This document shows positions 38,535-51,940 of a stretch of 64,000 nucleotides of DNA, piece after piece. Both the position numbers and the translations under genes were made by a program. The notes under the pieces are model-generated. The model ran no database searches. It was given only the letters and a program-made list of their open reading frames with translations, and was not told the origin of the DNA. Each line of letters starts with the position of its first letter. The first letter of the stretch is position 1. Origin of the DNA: Octopus vulgaris (taxonomy: Eukaryota); NCBI GenBank assembly GCA_951406725.2, contig OX597817.1, forward strand, positions 72,664,001-72,728,000, given 5' to 3'.

Positions 38535-39768
38535 TACACATTGTGTGTCTAGGCATCATGTGATGGTGATAAATAAGCATCATCATCACACAAGCAAGGT
38601 TGCTAATTTCCAGCCTTCTGTGAAAAACATGAAGCCATGCAAAAATATTGGCTTACTTGAAACCGTGTGTATGTTGGCAACCAGAAGTGCATGTAGCCAT
38701 AGAAAATCTGCCTCGACAAATTCCATCTGATCCATGTAAGCATGGAAAAGTGGACTTCAAATGACAATGATACAGACATACACATATACACACACACATA
38801 CATTATGCATTATTTTGGTGTCCTTTTCCAGAACACAAAAAGAATGAATCCCAAAGCCTGATCGATTTGCATGTCACATGATTATTTTTAACCAAGTAAA
38901 CTTTTGAGAAATGTGTTAAGTTTTAAACTAAAAAAAGCTCATTATGGCTTGTAAGCTTCTGCACATCACATGTCTATTTCTGACCAATCTGTGATCAGTC
39001 ACTTCAGGTGTATTCAACTAAAGAATGCAGCTTTTGCTGGGCACTTACTCTAGTCAATAAACGTATTTTGTTCTTAGAATCATATCTTCAGTGGAGCATA
39101 TATTTGGTGGTCAGAGAGACACTCAAACTGCTTACATACAGTAATGGTGAAATGAGAGCAGCAAGCACGGTAAGTATGGATAGCTGAAAGAAAAACATCT
39201 CTTATATTTGTGGCTATCAAAAGAAAATCTGGTAAATTGATGAGGGCTTTTTTTTTTACCACTAGACACAGAAAGCTGACTGTATCAACTTATAGATCTA
39301 CTAATCATCTATAGCAATGCATTGTCAGTGTCAATGAGTCCACCCTCTTTTTGTCTATATAAGACATAACATATGCAGACACAAAATTGTAAAACATACA
39401 CTAGATATACTGATATTCCAAGACATTATACTAACATAAGTATATATACAAACTATTGTCAAGAACTTTAGTCATAATTTCTAAGCACAGAGCCCAGAAT
39501 CATCAGTTTTAAAGAGAAGGTATATAGCTCATTATATTAACCTCAGCACTTGACTAATACTTTATCAGTACTAGAAAAATGAAAGGCAAAGTCAACCTTG
39601 ACAAGATTTGAACTAAATATTAGGGATATAAGTTAATATCACAATGCCTTCTATCAGATGCTCTACCAAACTTAACAATCTCAATGAGAAGTTTACCTTA
39701 ATGCAAACCAAATCCATTGATTTCATTCACTCTCAGACTATACTGAAATAAATTCCATTTTTTAAATT

Positions 39769-40695
39769 ATCATCATCATCATCATCATCATCATCATTTA
39801 GCGTCCGTTTTCCATGCTAGCATGGGTTGGACGGTTCTGCTGGGGTCTGTGAAGCCAGAAGGCTTCATCAGGCCCAGTCAAATCTGGCAGTGTTTCTACG
39901 GCTGGATGCCCTTCCTAACGCCAACCACTCCGTGAGTGTAGTGGGTGCTTTTTCGTGCCACCCGCACTGGTGCCAGACAGAGCTGGCAAACGGCCACGAA
40001 CGGATGGTGCTTTTTATGTGCCACCGGCACGAGGGCCAGGCGAGGCTGGCAACGGACACGAAACGGGGCGGTGCTGGCAACGGTCGCGAAACGGAAAGTT
40101 CTCTTACATGCCACCGGCACTGGTAACACATCTGCAATTTCCATTGATCGATTTCGATTCTGATCCTCACTTGCCTCAACACGTCTTCACAAGTAGAGTT
40201 TTGTGTCCCAAGAAGGAAGGTATGCATACGTAGGCTGGCTCCATCCCATGTAGAAGGCCACGGGTTGTGGACTCACTTGTCCTGCCGGGTCTTCTCGTGC
40301 ACAGCACACTTCCAGAGGTCTCGGTCTCTAGTCATTTCCTCAGTGAGACCTAAAGTTCGAAGGTCGTGCTTCACCACCTCGTCCCAGGTTTTCCTGGGTC
40401 TGCCTCTTCCACAGGTTCCCTCAACCGCTAGGGTGTGGCACTTTTTCACACAACTATCTTCATCCATTCTCGCCACATGACCATACCAGCGCAAACGTCT
40501 CTCTTGCACACCACAACTGATGCTTCTTAGGTCCAGCTTTTCTCTCAAGGTACTTACACTCTGCCGAGTGTGAGTACTGGCATTACACATCCATCGGAGC
40601 ATACTGGCTTCATTTCTAGCGAGCTTACGCATATCCTCAGCAGTCACGGCCCATGTTTCACTGCCATGTAGCATGGCTGTTCGTACACACGCATC
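39769..40695 (-). mobile_element. Young, 5'-truncated RTE-type LINE with intact C-terminal ORF and (GAT)n tail
   Basis: DACVRTAMLHGSETWA...RLRWYGHVARMDE...GRGRPRKTWDEVV; CpGs retained; (cat)n on plus strand at 39769-39797. Confidence 0.92.
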
Positions 40696-42412
40696 GTTAT
40701 TAAGGTAGGAAGACTGTATATGTGTACATATACACACGTGTGTGCATACATGCACAAATGTGCATGAATACTGATATTCAACATCATTAATGCTTGAGCA
40801 AACTGATGATGATGTTGACATTCCTTGCTGAAAATTATAACTTGTCACTTTTGAAAAGACCTGGGGAAGAAAAAAAAAACATCCTTTACATGAAAACAGT
40901 TAAGATTTGGTGACCTCAGCAGAATTTGAACTCAAAAAGGAAAGCTAGATGAAATGCTGCTAATCATTTTGTCTGGCATGCTAACGATTCTTCCAGCTTA
41001 CCACCTAAATAATAATCCTTTCTATTATAGGCACAAGGTCTGAAATTTTGGAGGAAGCTAGTGATTACATAGACCCTAGTGCATAACTGGTACTTATTTC
41101 ACTGACTCTGAAAGGATGAAAGGCAAATTCAAAATAATCTTAATCGAATACTAGAGTTTTCATCAACTACAACCATTCATTAAAGTTGTGGTCTGGTACC
41201 TAAGTTAGAGATCATCAGAAACATAAAGAAAGCAGTAGTGAAATAAATGGCGTTTAGCTACAACTTTCAAAGTAGTAAGTTCAAACTCCGACAGAACTGA
41301 CTTTGCCATTTATCCCTCCAGGATCGATAAACAAGTATCAGACACGTACCGGACGCTCGTTTGATCGGTTGTAATAATTTTTAAACAAAAAGGGGATGGC
41401 AGAGGGGCAATGTGTCATCGTGGTGATGGAGGATCTGTCGTTACACAATGAAGATCCAGTTGTTCGATCAACTGAATTACCTGCTCCTGAATTAACAACT
41501 TTCTGGTCGAGCATTTCAGACACCTTTAAAGTTACTTGTCACATTTTGTCACGCTGACTGTGTCTGAGAATCATGTAATTTTTTTTGTGAATTACAGGTA
41601 CAATCCACCCGACAGGCTTCTGTGTTGTTTCCGTCTACCTAGTTTACCTCACATGGTATGGATCAACGAGATTATAGAAAATTATGCCCAAGATGCAACG
41701 CAGTGAGATCGAACCAGAGACTTGCTGTGAAGCGAACTTGTTAACCATTTGGCCATACTGCGCTTACGTGTCACAGTAATCAATAATATAAAGGAACAAA
41801 CTTCACCGTTTGTATAACGACGCAATAGAGATGCCCCACCACCATCACACATAATCTCTAAAATGCTACAATAGGTAATGGTAGACCTTAAGTTGAAGTT
41901 ACGAAACGGTAAATGGAAGACTTTTTTTTTTAGTACTAGATTAAATCATAAATATTTCAGCAGAAATATCTAGTTTCCCCCTTTTCCATTTAATAAAATG
42001 TACTGCCATCGAAAAGAGACGACTGTTTACTTGTTCTTCGCAAACTTTTGAAGTTTAAAAAGAAGATGGGGAGGAGGAGAAAGGAAATTACGAGATAGCC
42101 TTTTCGATATACTCGATGCGTTTTGATTTGTCCCAGATTTGGTAAACGTTTGTGAACGAAAACAAAAGAATACATGGTTTTACTGATCACTTAATAATTA
42201 AATTAATTATAGTATAAAACACTAACAACGACTGAACATAAGGCACACACACAATGACGTTGGTGTGGTTCCAATAAATAACAGAGAAACAATTTGAAAT
42301 AATAATGTTAATAGAGCAGTTTCGGATGGCCTTTTTTGAACTCTGAACCCTATACTAAGTATAAGCATGTCAACACCAACAATGAGCTAGTTTAATAAGT
42401 GTTTCTAGGTGT

Positions 42413-42455
<43 letters not shown>

Positions 42456-43015
42456 CATACATATAAGAAGATGGCGAAAATGTGGAAAATATTTAAAGAA
42501 TTCAGAAAAGTTTTTGATTTGTTTTTTTTTATGCACCTCGTTTACATACTCGTGTCCTGTGGAATACCAGTTATATAAATGGTTTATCACAAATGAACAG
42601 AAAAACATGAAGTTTTGCCAAAAACTATTAACGAAAAGCAAATTACACGAAACAAATGCAAAAATCATCATCACTCAACAAGCCAATGAGAGCATCGACC
42701 TGCTAGAAATAGCAGCCAAATTTGCCATCAATCACACGTTACGGGTTCAAACAAAGCACACACAGAACAATGATGGTTTTATATACGGCTGTAACACCTG
42801 CTCGATCAGGTCTGACCTGGGACTAAACAACATCATCATTTCTCCTGAAAGAAAAACAATATATATTTATACGAAAACCCGATAGCAGCAGTTAGCGTCT
42901 AAACACTTATCTCTCCCTCACTACCATTCTTCACTGCTATATTATTACCAACACGACATTCCTCAACACACACACACAATATAAACTGAAGCAACAACAA
43001 CAAATAAAAATTTAC

Positions 43016-43075
43016 CCTCGGTAATATCAAATGGTTTTCCAGAATACTGCATCCAGGCATGTTTCGAAAATTCTA
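43016..43075 (-). other. Possible alternative 5' exon of CSDE1 (donor AGG|GTAAAT; 5' end uncertain)
   Basis: Donor at 43015, weak acceptor ttctttag at 43073, unique sequence up to ~43600, two ATGs. Confidence 0.3.
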
Positions 43076-46000
43076 AAGAATTTTCACAAATAAACTCCCA
43101 TTAGGAAGAGGTATGAGAGTGGAATAGCAAAAGAAGTTAAAGAATGCGATAGAAACATCGAAGCAAATAAAAATGTGCTTAAGTGTGTATGTGTGTAGTA
43201 AAGAAAAAAAATTAAACTCTACACTTCAAAGAATATATAAAATCCATGAACTGTTCATTTTTTCTAAAAGCAAAAAAAAAAAAAAAGAAACAAAAAAATT
43301 GTTTAAAAGAGAGGAGTGTAAGGTGAACAACAAAAGTATAGAAAGTATGTTGAAATAATTCCAGAACAGAAAGACAAGTTCGTTCCTTGGATTTGGTTTC
43401 ATGAGAATTTTAGCTTGTCTCGTCTTGAGAGAGAGAGAGAAAGAGAGAGTTTATTTCATAAGTCTCGCAGAAAATCAAACAGCTCCTCTAAGCATTCTTC
43501 ATTGTTGTCTACTACCTTTTACAATCCAAACTTTGGGTTAGCTATAGCACCAAAAGAAAGTCTGGCAACAGCCAAAAGAATGCTGTTTCATGGCAGAAAA
43601 ACACACAGTAAACAGATACACACACACTTACAAACAGCTACAAATACATACAGCACAACATAGCTTAAACATAACAACTGCAGACACTCATTAAAGTACA
43701 TACAAGCATGGTTCCTATGTATGTATGTGTATACATATACACACACACACATAATTCACCGTCAACAAAATATACACAACCTCTCCAGTAAACTACATTT
43801 CTTCAAAATGTTTTACCAGCGTTACTTGTTTGGTTGTCTTGTGTACTGCATTTTTTGCATTGTCCTCTGTTAGATTTCGTTCATTTTATTCATTTTTCAA
43901 CAAAATATGGAGTTTAACTACAAATAATTAATTACAATTTGATAATATCAACGAAGTAAAAACTTACGAACATTTTTTTTTTCTTTTACTTATCCACTTA
44001 AATCTTATGAAACATTTTTAATATATATTTCTTTACCTGTAGTTACAATTCACCATCTCAAGCAGATATCTACGAACCCAGCTACATGTTTAACGTTTGA
44101 TTTTTACACAATATTCAAAAAAAATAGTGTTCAATTCGGAATAACTGTAATTTCTAAGACTGGCACAAGGCCAAAAGTATATTATCAATTATGTTGACTC
44201 TCAGACCCCAGTATTTGACTGCTAATTATTTTCTCGACCTCAGGAGGATAAAAGGCAAACCGATATCCGTAGATACTTTCGGCACTTGATTTTCCTTCCA
44301 CAACGACGTTTTTTTCTGGGGTTTTTTTTAAATTACACGAGAACACTTTTTTTATTGCATTTTTCTTCATTTGAAATTAACTTTCACTACCTATCTTACC
44401 TATTTATCGTGTATCTGAAGATAGATTTGAAGGCCTGAAATTAAAATCAACAAAAGATTACGGAATTCTTTGTTGATGCTTTTTTATTCTTTTTTTTTAT
44501 TCTACGTTGTACCAACAATAAAATCGAACAATTTGTAATAAAACAACAAACGTTTAGAATAAAAAGGTTGGTGAGAGTTAAAACCAAAAAAAGTCTTTAA
44601 CATTCTAATCCCTTTAATAACAGAATACATAAAGGACGCGAGTTGTGATAATGATGACGATAACATGACGGCGAGGAAGAAAACGACACAACCTTTAAGT
44701 CGTCGCTCGAACAGCAAGAAATAGCAGGCAAATCTCCCTCAAAATACACCCTAATGTCTTAAGTATGAGAAGTCCGTGAGGGTGACAGGGATATCTATGA
44801 TTACAGGCCTGCACAATCAAGACGGGCATGGGATTAAAACAACAAAGACAACAACAGATCGACAGGATAGTAAGAATGGGTCAAGAAATTGGTGGTGAAA
44901 GAAGAGTAAGAACAGGCGGTCGAACCAAGAGCCCTTAGAGGCTCCCGACAGAGTTAACTGCCTTTCATCTTTCGAAGATTGGAATTAAAAAAAAAAAAGT
45001 AGAGAAATACACAATGAGCCAAGTAGCTTGGTTAATTCAATATGTAAAACATACTCATCACCTCTACAGACGTGTGGCTGTATGCCAAACCATTATCACT
45101 ATTATTATTATATTAGTATTAGTAGTAGTAGAGCAGCAGCACTGTCACGTAATGTGAGTCTTTAAATTCGCTAATGTCACATTCTTGAGAAATAGTATCT
45201 GTTACAAGCCAACGAGGTAGATTCTAAGCGATCGGTCGAAGCAGTTAGAAACCGCAGTTAAATTTCAATCTAATTACACCCTACTGCTTTAATAAAGGGG
45301 GGGAAAAACACTGGATGATGTTCTATAGCTATTTTGAAAATAGATGAATTGGTCACGACTGTAACGTCTTTGGTTAAAATGCTTGCTGAATCAGAGCTAA
45401 AGTCAAAATGCACAAACACAAGAGAGCCTACACGTGGCAGCGTGATTTGCTGCAAAATGCAACCTTCGTCTCCCTTAAATCACACCCTACTATCTTTGTG
45501 AGCACAGAGAACAGTTTTAACAGTCAAACAATGAAGATTTTGCATGTGAGAGGGGATAACCGTCGACAACACGAACCTCGTCAGTGATTCTCACACAGGG
45601 ACACATTTATTCTCACAAGGGGTGAACATAACAGATCATGCCATTGCATAACTTACGAAGTTTGCTTTTACATCTTTTTCGTGAAAGGGAGAGAGGTCAT
45701 ACATGTTTGCAAATAAGGGGAAGAAAACGATGTGATATATGTACGTAATATTTTTTATATATACACATATATATATGTATGTATAACGTTACGGCAGAGG
45801 GTGTACGAGAAGGATCGCGGATGTTACGTAACAGCATTACAACGAAAGCGTGAGAAATAGTTATATGCTTGTTAAGAACACACATTAGTTTACTTATTTG
45901 CATGGGAATAAGGGGGAATGGAAAAATTACATTAAATCAAGGAGGTGGGGCGGAATAACAGAAGAACTTGGAGAATCACTGCCCTAGGTGGCTATTCGAA

Positions 46001-46809
46001 ATGCTACACAACAGTAACCCAATCATACAAAAGGCGACGGCACGACCACTAATGGAACGCCCTCTGGTCATACGACTATTAGATCAAAAGTAATCTGGAT
46101 TTGAACAACCGAATCAAGCTGATTTCAATATATATTTACAATGGCCAAATCTCACCACACTGTTTTTAAATTGGTTGTAATCGTAAACGCATAGTACAAA
46201 GACAGAAAAAAAAAAAACAGGATGGTCACCACAAGTACTCTTTTGATTAAATCTTGCTGGATCAGGATTAAACAATGTCCACAAATATTTTTACTACATG
46301 ATCAGCGAATAAACTATAAACAGTCAATTGGAAAAAAATAATAGAAAGTGATTTTTTTAAAAATCAATCTAATTTCAACGAATTTCTTCGTCGTTTTAAC
46401 AATCCCTTTTTTTTATTTTTTGTTCATGTGTCATAGCATCGGCGAGACTACGAACTTCAACTATGAGTCAATGAAAGAGATTCGTTTTGGCGGAAAGGGA
46501 GTAGTTAGTCCCTCCTCGCAACATGTCCGCAAAGCACAAGAAAACAGCTGATTCTGAGTGAGAGGCGAGAACAGAGTCCAATATTTTAATGGTAATTTAT
46601 CTTATTGACAACCAGAGGAACGAAAAGCAAAGTTGATCTCGGCAAGATTTGAACCCAAAACGCAGAGATAGTTGGAACAAATATCGCAACGTATTTATCC
46701 GATGTTCTAACGGTTAGGCAAACTGACCGCCTACACCCATCTAATGAAACACACGCCACCCAAAATAAAATGTACCAACTGATTTAATTATACACTGTGC
46801 TATAAACAT

Positions 46810-47197
46810 AGGAGTGGCTATGTGGTAAGTAGCTTGCTTACCAACCACATGGTTCCGGGTTCAGTCCCACTGCGTGGCACATTGGGCAAGTGTCTTCTAC
46901 TATAGCCTCGGGCCGACCAGAGCCTTGTGAGTGGATTTGGTAGACGGAAACTGAAAGGAGCCTTGTCATATATATGTATGCATGTGTGTGTATATGTTTG
47001 TGTCTGTGTTAGTCCCCCCGCCAACATTGCTTGACAACCGATGCTGGTGTGTTTACGTCTCCGTAACTTAGAGGTTCGGCAAAAGAGACCGATAGAATAA
47101 GTACTAGGCTTACAAAGACTAAGTCCTGGGGTCGATCTGCTCGACTAAAGGCGGTACTCCAGCATGATCACAGTCAAATGACTGAAACAAGTAAAAC
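46810..47197 (+). mobile_element. tRNA-derived octopus SINE, well-preserved copy; related copies at ~3595-4020(+), 17515-17670(+), 18060-18440(-), 33600-33985(-), 58364-58500(+), 61787-62235(+)
   Basis: A-box-like tggctatgtgg, B-box-like gggttcagtccc, internal microsatellite, tail gactgaaacaagtaaaa; many dispersed copies in the window. Confidence 0.9.
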
Positions 47198-47199
47198 CG

Positions 47200-47233
<34 letters not shown>

Positions 47234-47979
47234 CAGAGAGAGAGAGTTCAGTTACAGAAAGAGGGACAAAGTCCATTACCGATTCCAAGACTGCTATGAA
47301 GAAATGGCGAGAGGAATCACGAATTGTGGTTGTTGCTGTTAACACCAGCTCGGCCCTAATTCAGCAGACTAGTGATCAAAGGCATTCCAGATGGGACTGT
47401 CCCATCGCTTTGTGTATCCAGAAATGCATTTTTCAATATGATTCCCCATCCACCCACCTACTCTTGTTGTCTTGCTTTTCTTGAAGGTGGGCTATGATAT
47501 GAGGGAAATCAAACATTGCTTGTAAGCCGAGTTGCCGCATAGACGCTCTCCTTTTTGGCCCTAGCAAATCAAGGATCGCTACAATGAAAGGTTAGTAAGC
47601 ATATGGAGAACGGGTCCGGATAAATTGCAACAAAATGGACTGCATGCACTAAAGACACCCAAGGACTAAGTGGTGGAATAAAGAGGAAAACTGTCACTGC
47701 ATAATGTCTAGAAATTATAGAATATTCTGCACGACGATCTATACCAACAAAACACCTCATTTTCAATGATGATGGAAACACCTTCATCAGTTACGTTGGT
47801 AAATTCTGACCTGAAGTCGGTTTCATCATGATACACATAATCATAACCCTTTTATCATCGTAACAAATAATCTAAAACGGTTTTGAATATGCATTATATA
47901 TATTTGTGCGCATTTATGTTTAAACACACACTGTATGTGTTTACATATATATATATAGGTACACACATACCTACACAAA

Positions 47980-48013
<34 letters not shown>

Positions 48014-48139
48014 AAAACACAATGTACCAACATAGTGTTGCAGAATAGCCTATAGGTGATGATTAAAACAAACACCAGAACATATACACTAATACATATA
48101 TATAATCACTATACAGATACACTCTTGTATACAAATATT

Positions 48140-48300
48140 GGTTAATATCTAGATCCGCACCCGGTGGGAAAAATGAGATCCGCACCCGGTGGGAAAAATG
48201 GAAACGAAAATGTGTAACAGTTGTAAATATACGATGCCTTACAACTGTTACACATTTTCGTTTCCATTTTTCCCACCGGGTGCGGATCTAGATATTAACC
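48140..48300. repeat. Foldback/palindromic element (probable MITE): 51-bp perfect arms, 12-nt loop, 25-nt tandem duplication in the left arm
   Basis: 48176-48226 is the reverse complement of 48239-48289; 48140-48150 pairs with 48290-48300; 48151-48175 duplicates 48176-48200. Confidence 0.9.
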
Positions 48301-48723
48301 CAAATATTTATATATTCATGCAGGTTTATTCATTTATATATAATAGATTTAGATACAGAAACAAACGCATATATATATATATACACACATACCTACACAA
48401 ACGCATTTATATATACTCACACACATCGAACCAAGAAAAGAGCCTTTTCGTGGTTTCTCGATTTTCAAGCAATAACAGTCGTATTTCCCTCAAATCACAC
48501 CTTAAAACAAGGTAAGAACACATTGGAAATGTAGTGATACACACATACATACCCCTAAAAATATGAGGCAGTCACAGCTGGAAAGCCTTTCACAAGGCTT
48601 TGGGGGTTACACAGCAACACACACATAGGTACATATACACACATACATACAATCACACATATACTCCCCCACACATAGGCTATATATATATATAAACACA
48701 AACATCTATATACATAAGACATA

Positions 48724-48754
<31 letters not shown>

Positions 48755-49383
48755 ACAGATGCATAACATGGAGTGATGAAAACAGAAAAAAAGTAAAACA
48801 CATGGCGTCCCTCTCATTTTTTTTTTGTATGGCTATATGTTCGTTGTTTGATCATGTTATATTTGTAAATATGCGATTCTCAATTGTTAGAGAAAAGCTA
48901 TGGTTAAAGGCGTTCCAGACGTGACTATCGCGTCCTTTTTATATCAGAAACTACTACATTGTCAAACATGGTTCTTCCTTTTTTTTTATCTTTTTATCTT
49001 ATTTTTTTTAAAAAACGGCATGGTGTTGGATTGTAGGAAGATTTGGTGATTCTTTCTTTCTAGAATGACGAGCGACCTCGTACGTAAAGGCTCCCTCCCT
49101 TCGTTATTTAGTAGCAATGTGTGTGTGTTAGTTAATAGTTGCATAGAGATGAAGATGTATACATGAAGCGATGTGGTCGAATGCCAAATATACATACACA
49201 TACATCTATGTTACTTTTCTTCTCTCCTCCTCATTGATTAAATTACTAAAACAATTGATGGTAGAGAGAACCTACGAACACGAAATTTAGACAAGATCTT
49301 TAGTAGCAGTCTTTAGAAAGTGGTAACGATGAACAGTTAACGAAACTAGTAATAATAACGAGGTTTACAGACAAAAAACTCAC

Positions 49384-49430
49384 CCCAATTCCGCACAACA
49401 CTGCAACAATGCCGCCATCTTTGGTAGGAA
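49384..49430 (-). promoter_or_regulatory. CSDE1: Probable CSDE1 TSS/first exon with YY1 motif (AAGATGGCGGC) and donor GG|GTGAGT
   Basis: Plus strand gccgccatctt at 49411-49421; pyrimidine-rich TTTCCT just upstream; consensus donor at 49383; lies in the CpG-retaining zone. Confidence 0.65.
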
Positions 49431-51254
49431 ACTAAGTCATGTAAACTACTCTCCTCCTCAAAATGATTACTACGAAAAGTTCTTATAAATGTTTTCTTCT
49501 TCTCCTCATTTTATATTTATTTTTCTTCTTTAGTCGCTTTAAAAATCATCATCATTATAATTATTATTTGATAATAATGATAATAAAAACTAAATAGAAT
49601 AAAAATATATGTATTTATATTTCATTTCGTTTAATTCAGGTTTGTTTTTGTTTTATTTTCCATTTATATTTTCGTTTCGTTCGTTTTTCGATTTCTGTTT
49701 TTCCCCTCCCCCCTCACTCATGGTTATGTATCTCATCCTTTTTCTTTTACCCTTGTGTCAAATAATAAAAGCTATTTTGTTATTATATTTTACATATATA
49801 CTGTAAATTTTTTAATTTCATTTTATTCCCATCTGTTTTTCTTGTTTCTCTTTGTTTCTTTTTCTTTAAAAAAGACGTACCCATAATTTCCTCACTTCAC
49901 CCTTTTTAGTTTAATGTCCCCTCACCTCATTGTCCTTGTGGCAAATAAAAGAACCGATTCTATAACGAGATATATATTTTGACTTTTGAATTTATTTGTG
50001 AATTTTTTCCTTTTTCTTTATTGCTTTTCTTTTTTTATTGAAATATAACCCATCCCTCCATTGCTAATTTGGAGTTCATCTTTTGTTAGCCCTTGTAACA
50101 AATATACGGACCAAGAATATTTTTTTTAACTAAGCTAAGGGAAATAACTTAAGAGACCCAATGACATGAATTTAGATCATTCAAGTAGGTGATGCACTCA
50201 ATAGAGTACACAAAATATGCTCACTGAATTTAAGCATTGCCTGTGGGGGAAAGAAGACAAAAGCCTAGTGGTAATTGTTAGCAGCACTCACAGAGAAGGG
50301 AGATAATTTTAGAAAAACAAATTCTCAGAAAATTGAATTTAGATCTTTAGATGAGAAAATCTGATTAGTAAGGCACATGTTTTCGTCTTATCAGACCTCA
50401 TCAACGAAGAATAATCTTCTCGAACCCGCTTGATGAGTGAATATTGAAAAAATTTCGAGCCAGTAGTAATTTGCATAATTGAAAAAAAAAAGTGAGCTAT
50501 GGGAAATAACTCAATCTGAAAATCTCAAAATACTTAAACGTCTTGCAGTCGGTACATCATCTACCTGAATGTTTTTTTTTATTATATTGGTACCTATAAA
50601 GGCAACGGACAAAATGCTTAGCTGCGTTTCTTCTTGCTCTTTACGTTTTGAGTTCAAATATCGTTGAGGTTGACTTAGCCTTTAATTATTTCGAAGTCAA
50701 TAAAACAAGTGCCAGTTGAGCGCTTGGGTCGATGCAATCGACTTGTCACCTCCCACAAAATTTCAGGCATTGTGCCTATAGTAAAAACGATTATTATATT
50801 GGGAGCTGGAAGAATCGTTGAAGCATCGGGGTAGAAAATTGCCTAGCCGCATTCCTTCTGGTCCTTCATGTTTTGAGCTCAACTCTCGCCAAGGTCAACC
50901 ATGCCTTTTCATCCTTTCAGAGTGGATAAACTAAAACACCAATGAGTGCGGTATCTTGATTAAAAAGGGCCGAGTACCGGAATCGGTCACATTTCAGGCC
51001 TAGAGCCTATGTCAGAAACCATTGTACTGGGATGTGTATAATATATATTTAAATATATATATATACTTGCATTTCATTTTCTTTGAGTTTCCTTTTTTAT
51101 TCAGTGAGTTTATGTAATATTTTTGCGATAAAAATATTCTTATATTGACATATGACCAGGAATATTGCGGAGTAGGAGGGTATTATCGATTATATCGAAC
51201 TTTACACTTGATAAAATAATAGATGTAAAAAAAAAAAGCTCTGGGTGACTCATT

Positions 51255-51315
<61 letters not shown>

Positions 51316-51381
51316 TGGGGAAGGCCGGTTTATAAACTGCTCTTCTTCTTAGAGCGTGCTTCTTCGAATTTGCTTTCTACT

Positions 51382-51413
<32 letters not shown>

Positions 51414-51830
51414 TCACACACACACAAATACTCACACATATAAATACGTTTATAGACATACACACATTCATCAAATAGTTATTAAAGAATAAATTTGAAT
51501 GATTATATTATATTTTTCATGATATTAATAGTAATTTATTCTTTATTAATAATAATAATAACAATGGCAATACTTAGGATAATAATTTTGAAAAACTAGT
51601 TAACTCATTTTTATACTTACACATACACATAGATACGTATACACGACACACACACACACACACACCAAATATTTATTAGTTTAAGTGAATATAAATTTCA
51701 TTCCAACACATGACGAATAACTATACTTAATAATAAGAAATATTTAAGGAAACACGTTTTTTATAGTGGTCAAATTCTGTATATAAATAGGTACTAACAA
51801 CTTAAAATTTTTATTAAAGGCTATTCACTA

Positions 51831-51940
51831 ATATTGGTGACGTCACTGGAAACGACATCTTTCGGGGAGGAAGTAGTTTTGTTACGAATCTAGGATTTAT
51901 TTACTTTTCTTGCCTTAAACTGATTTTTTTATTGTAAGTA
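51831..51940 (+). promoter_or_regulatory. Candidate divergent promoter/first exon: ATTGG (CCAAT), palindromic CRE GTGACGTCAC (51837-51846), ETS-type GGAAGT (51869-51874), donor GTAAGT at 51934
   Basis: Cluster of housekeeping-promoter motifs followed by a consensus donor, ~2.4 kb from the CSDE1 YY1 exon. Confidence 0.45.

Noticed and set aside
50371-50410. Hammerhead-like TTGATGA-ggtctgataagac-GAAAacatgtg on the minus strand
   Set aside because: No stem I and a G at the cleavage position; at best a dead relic.
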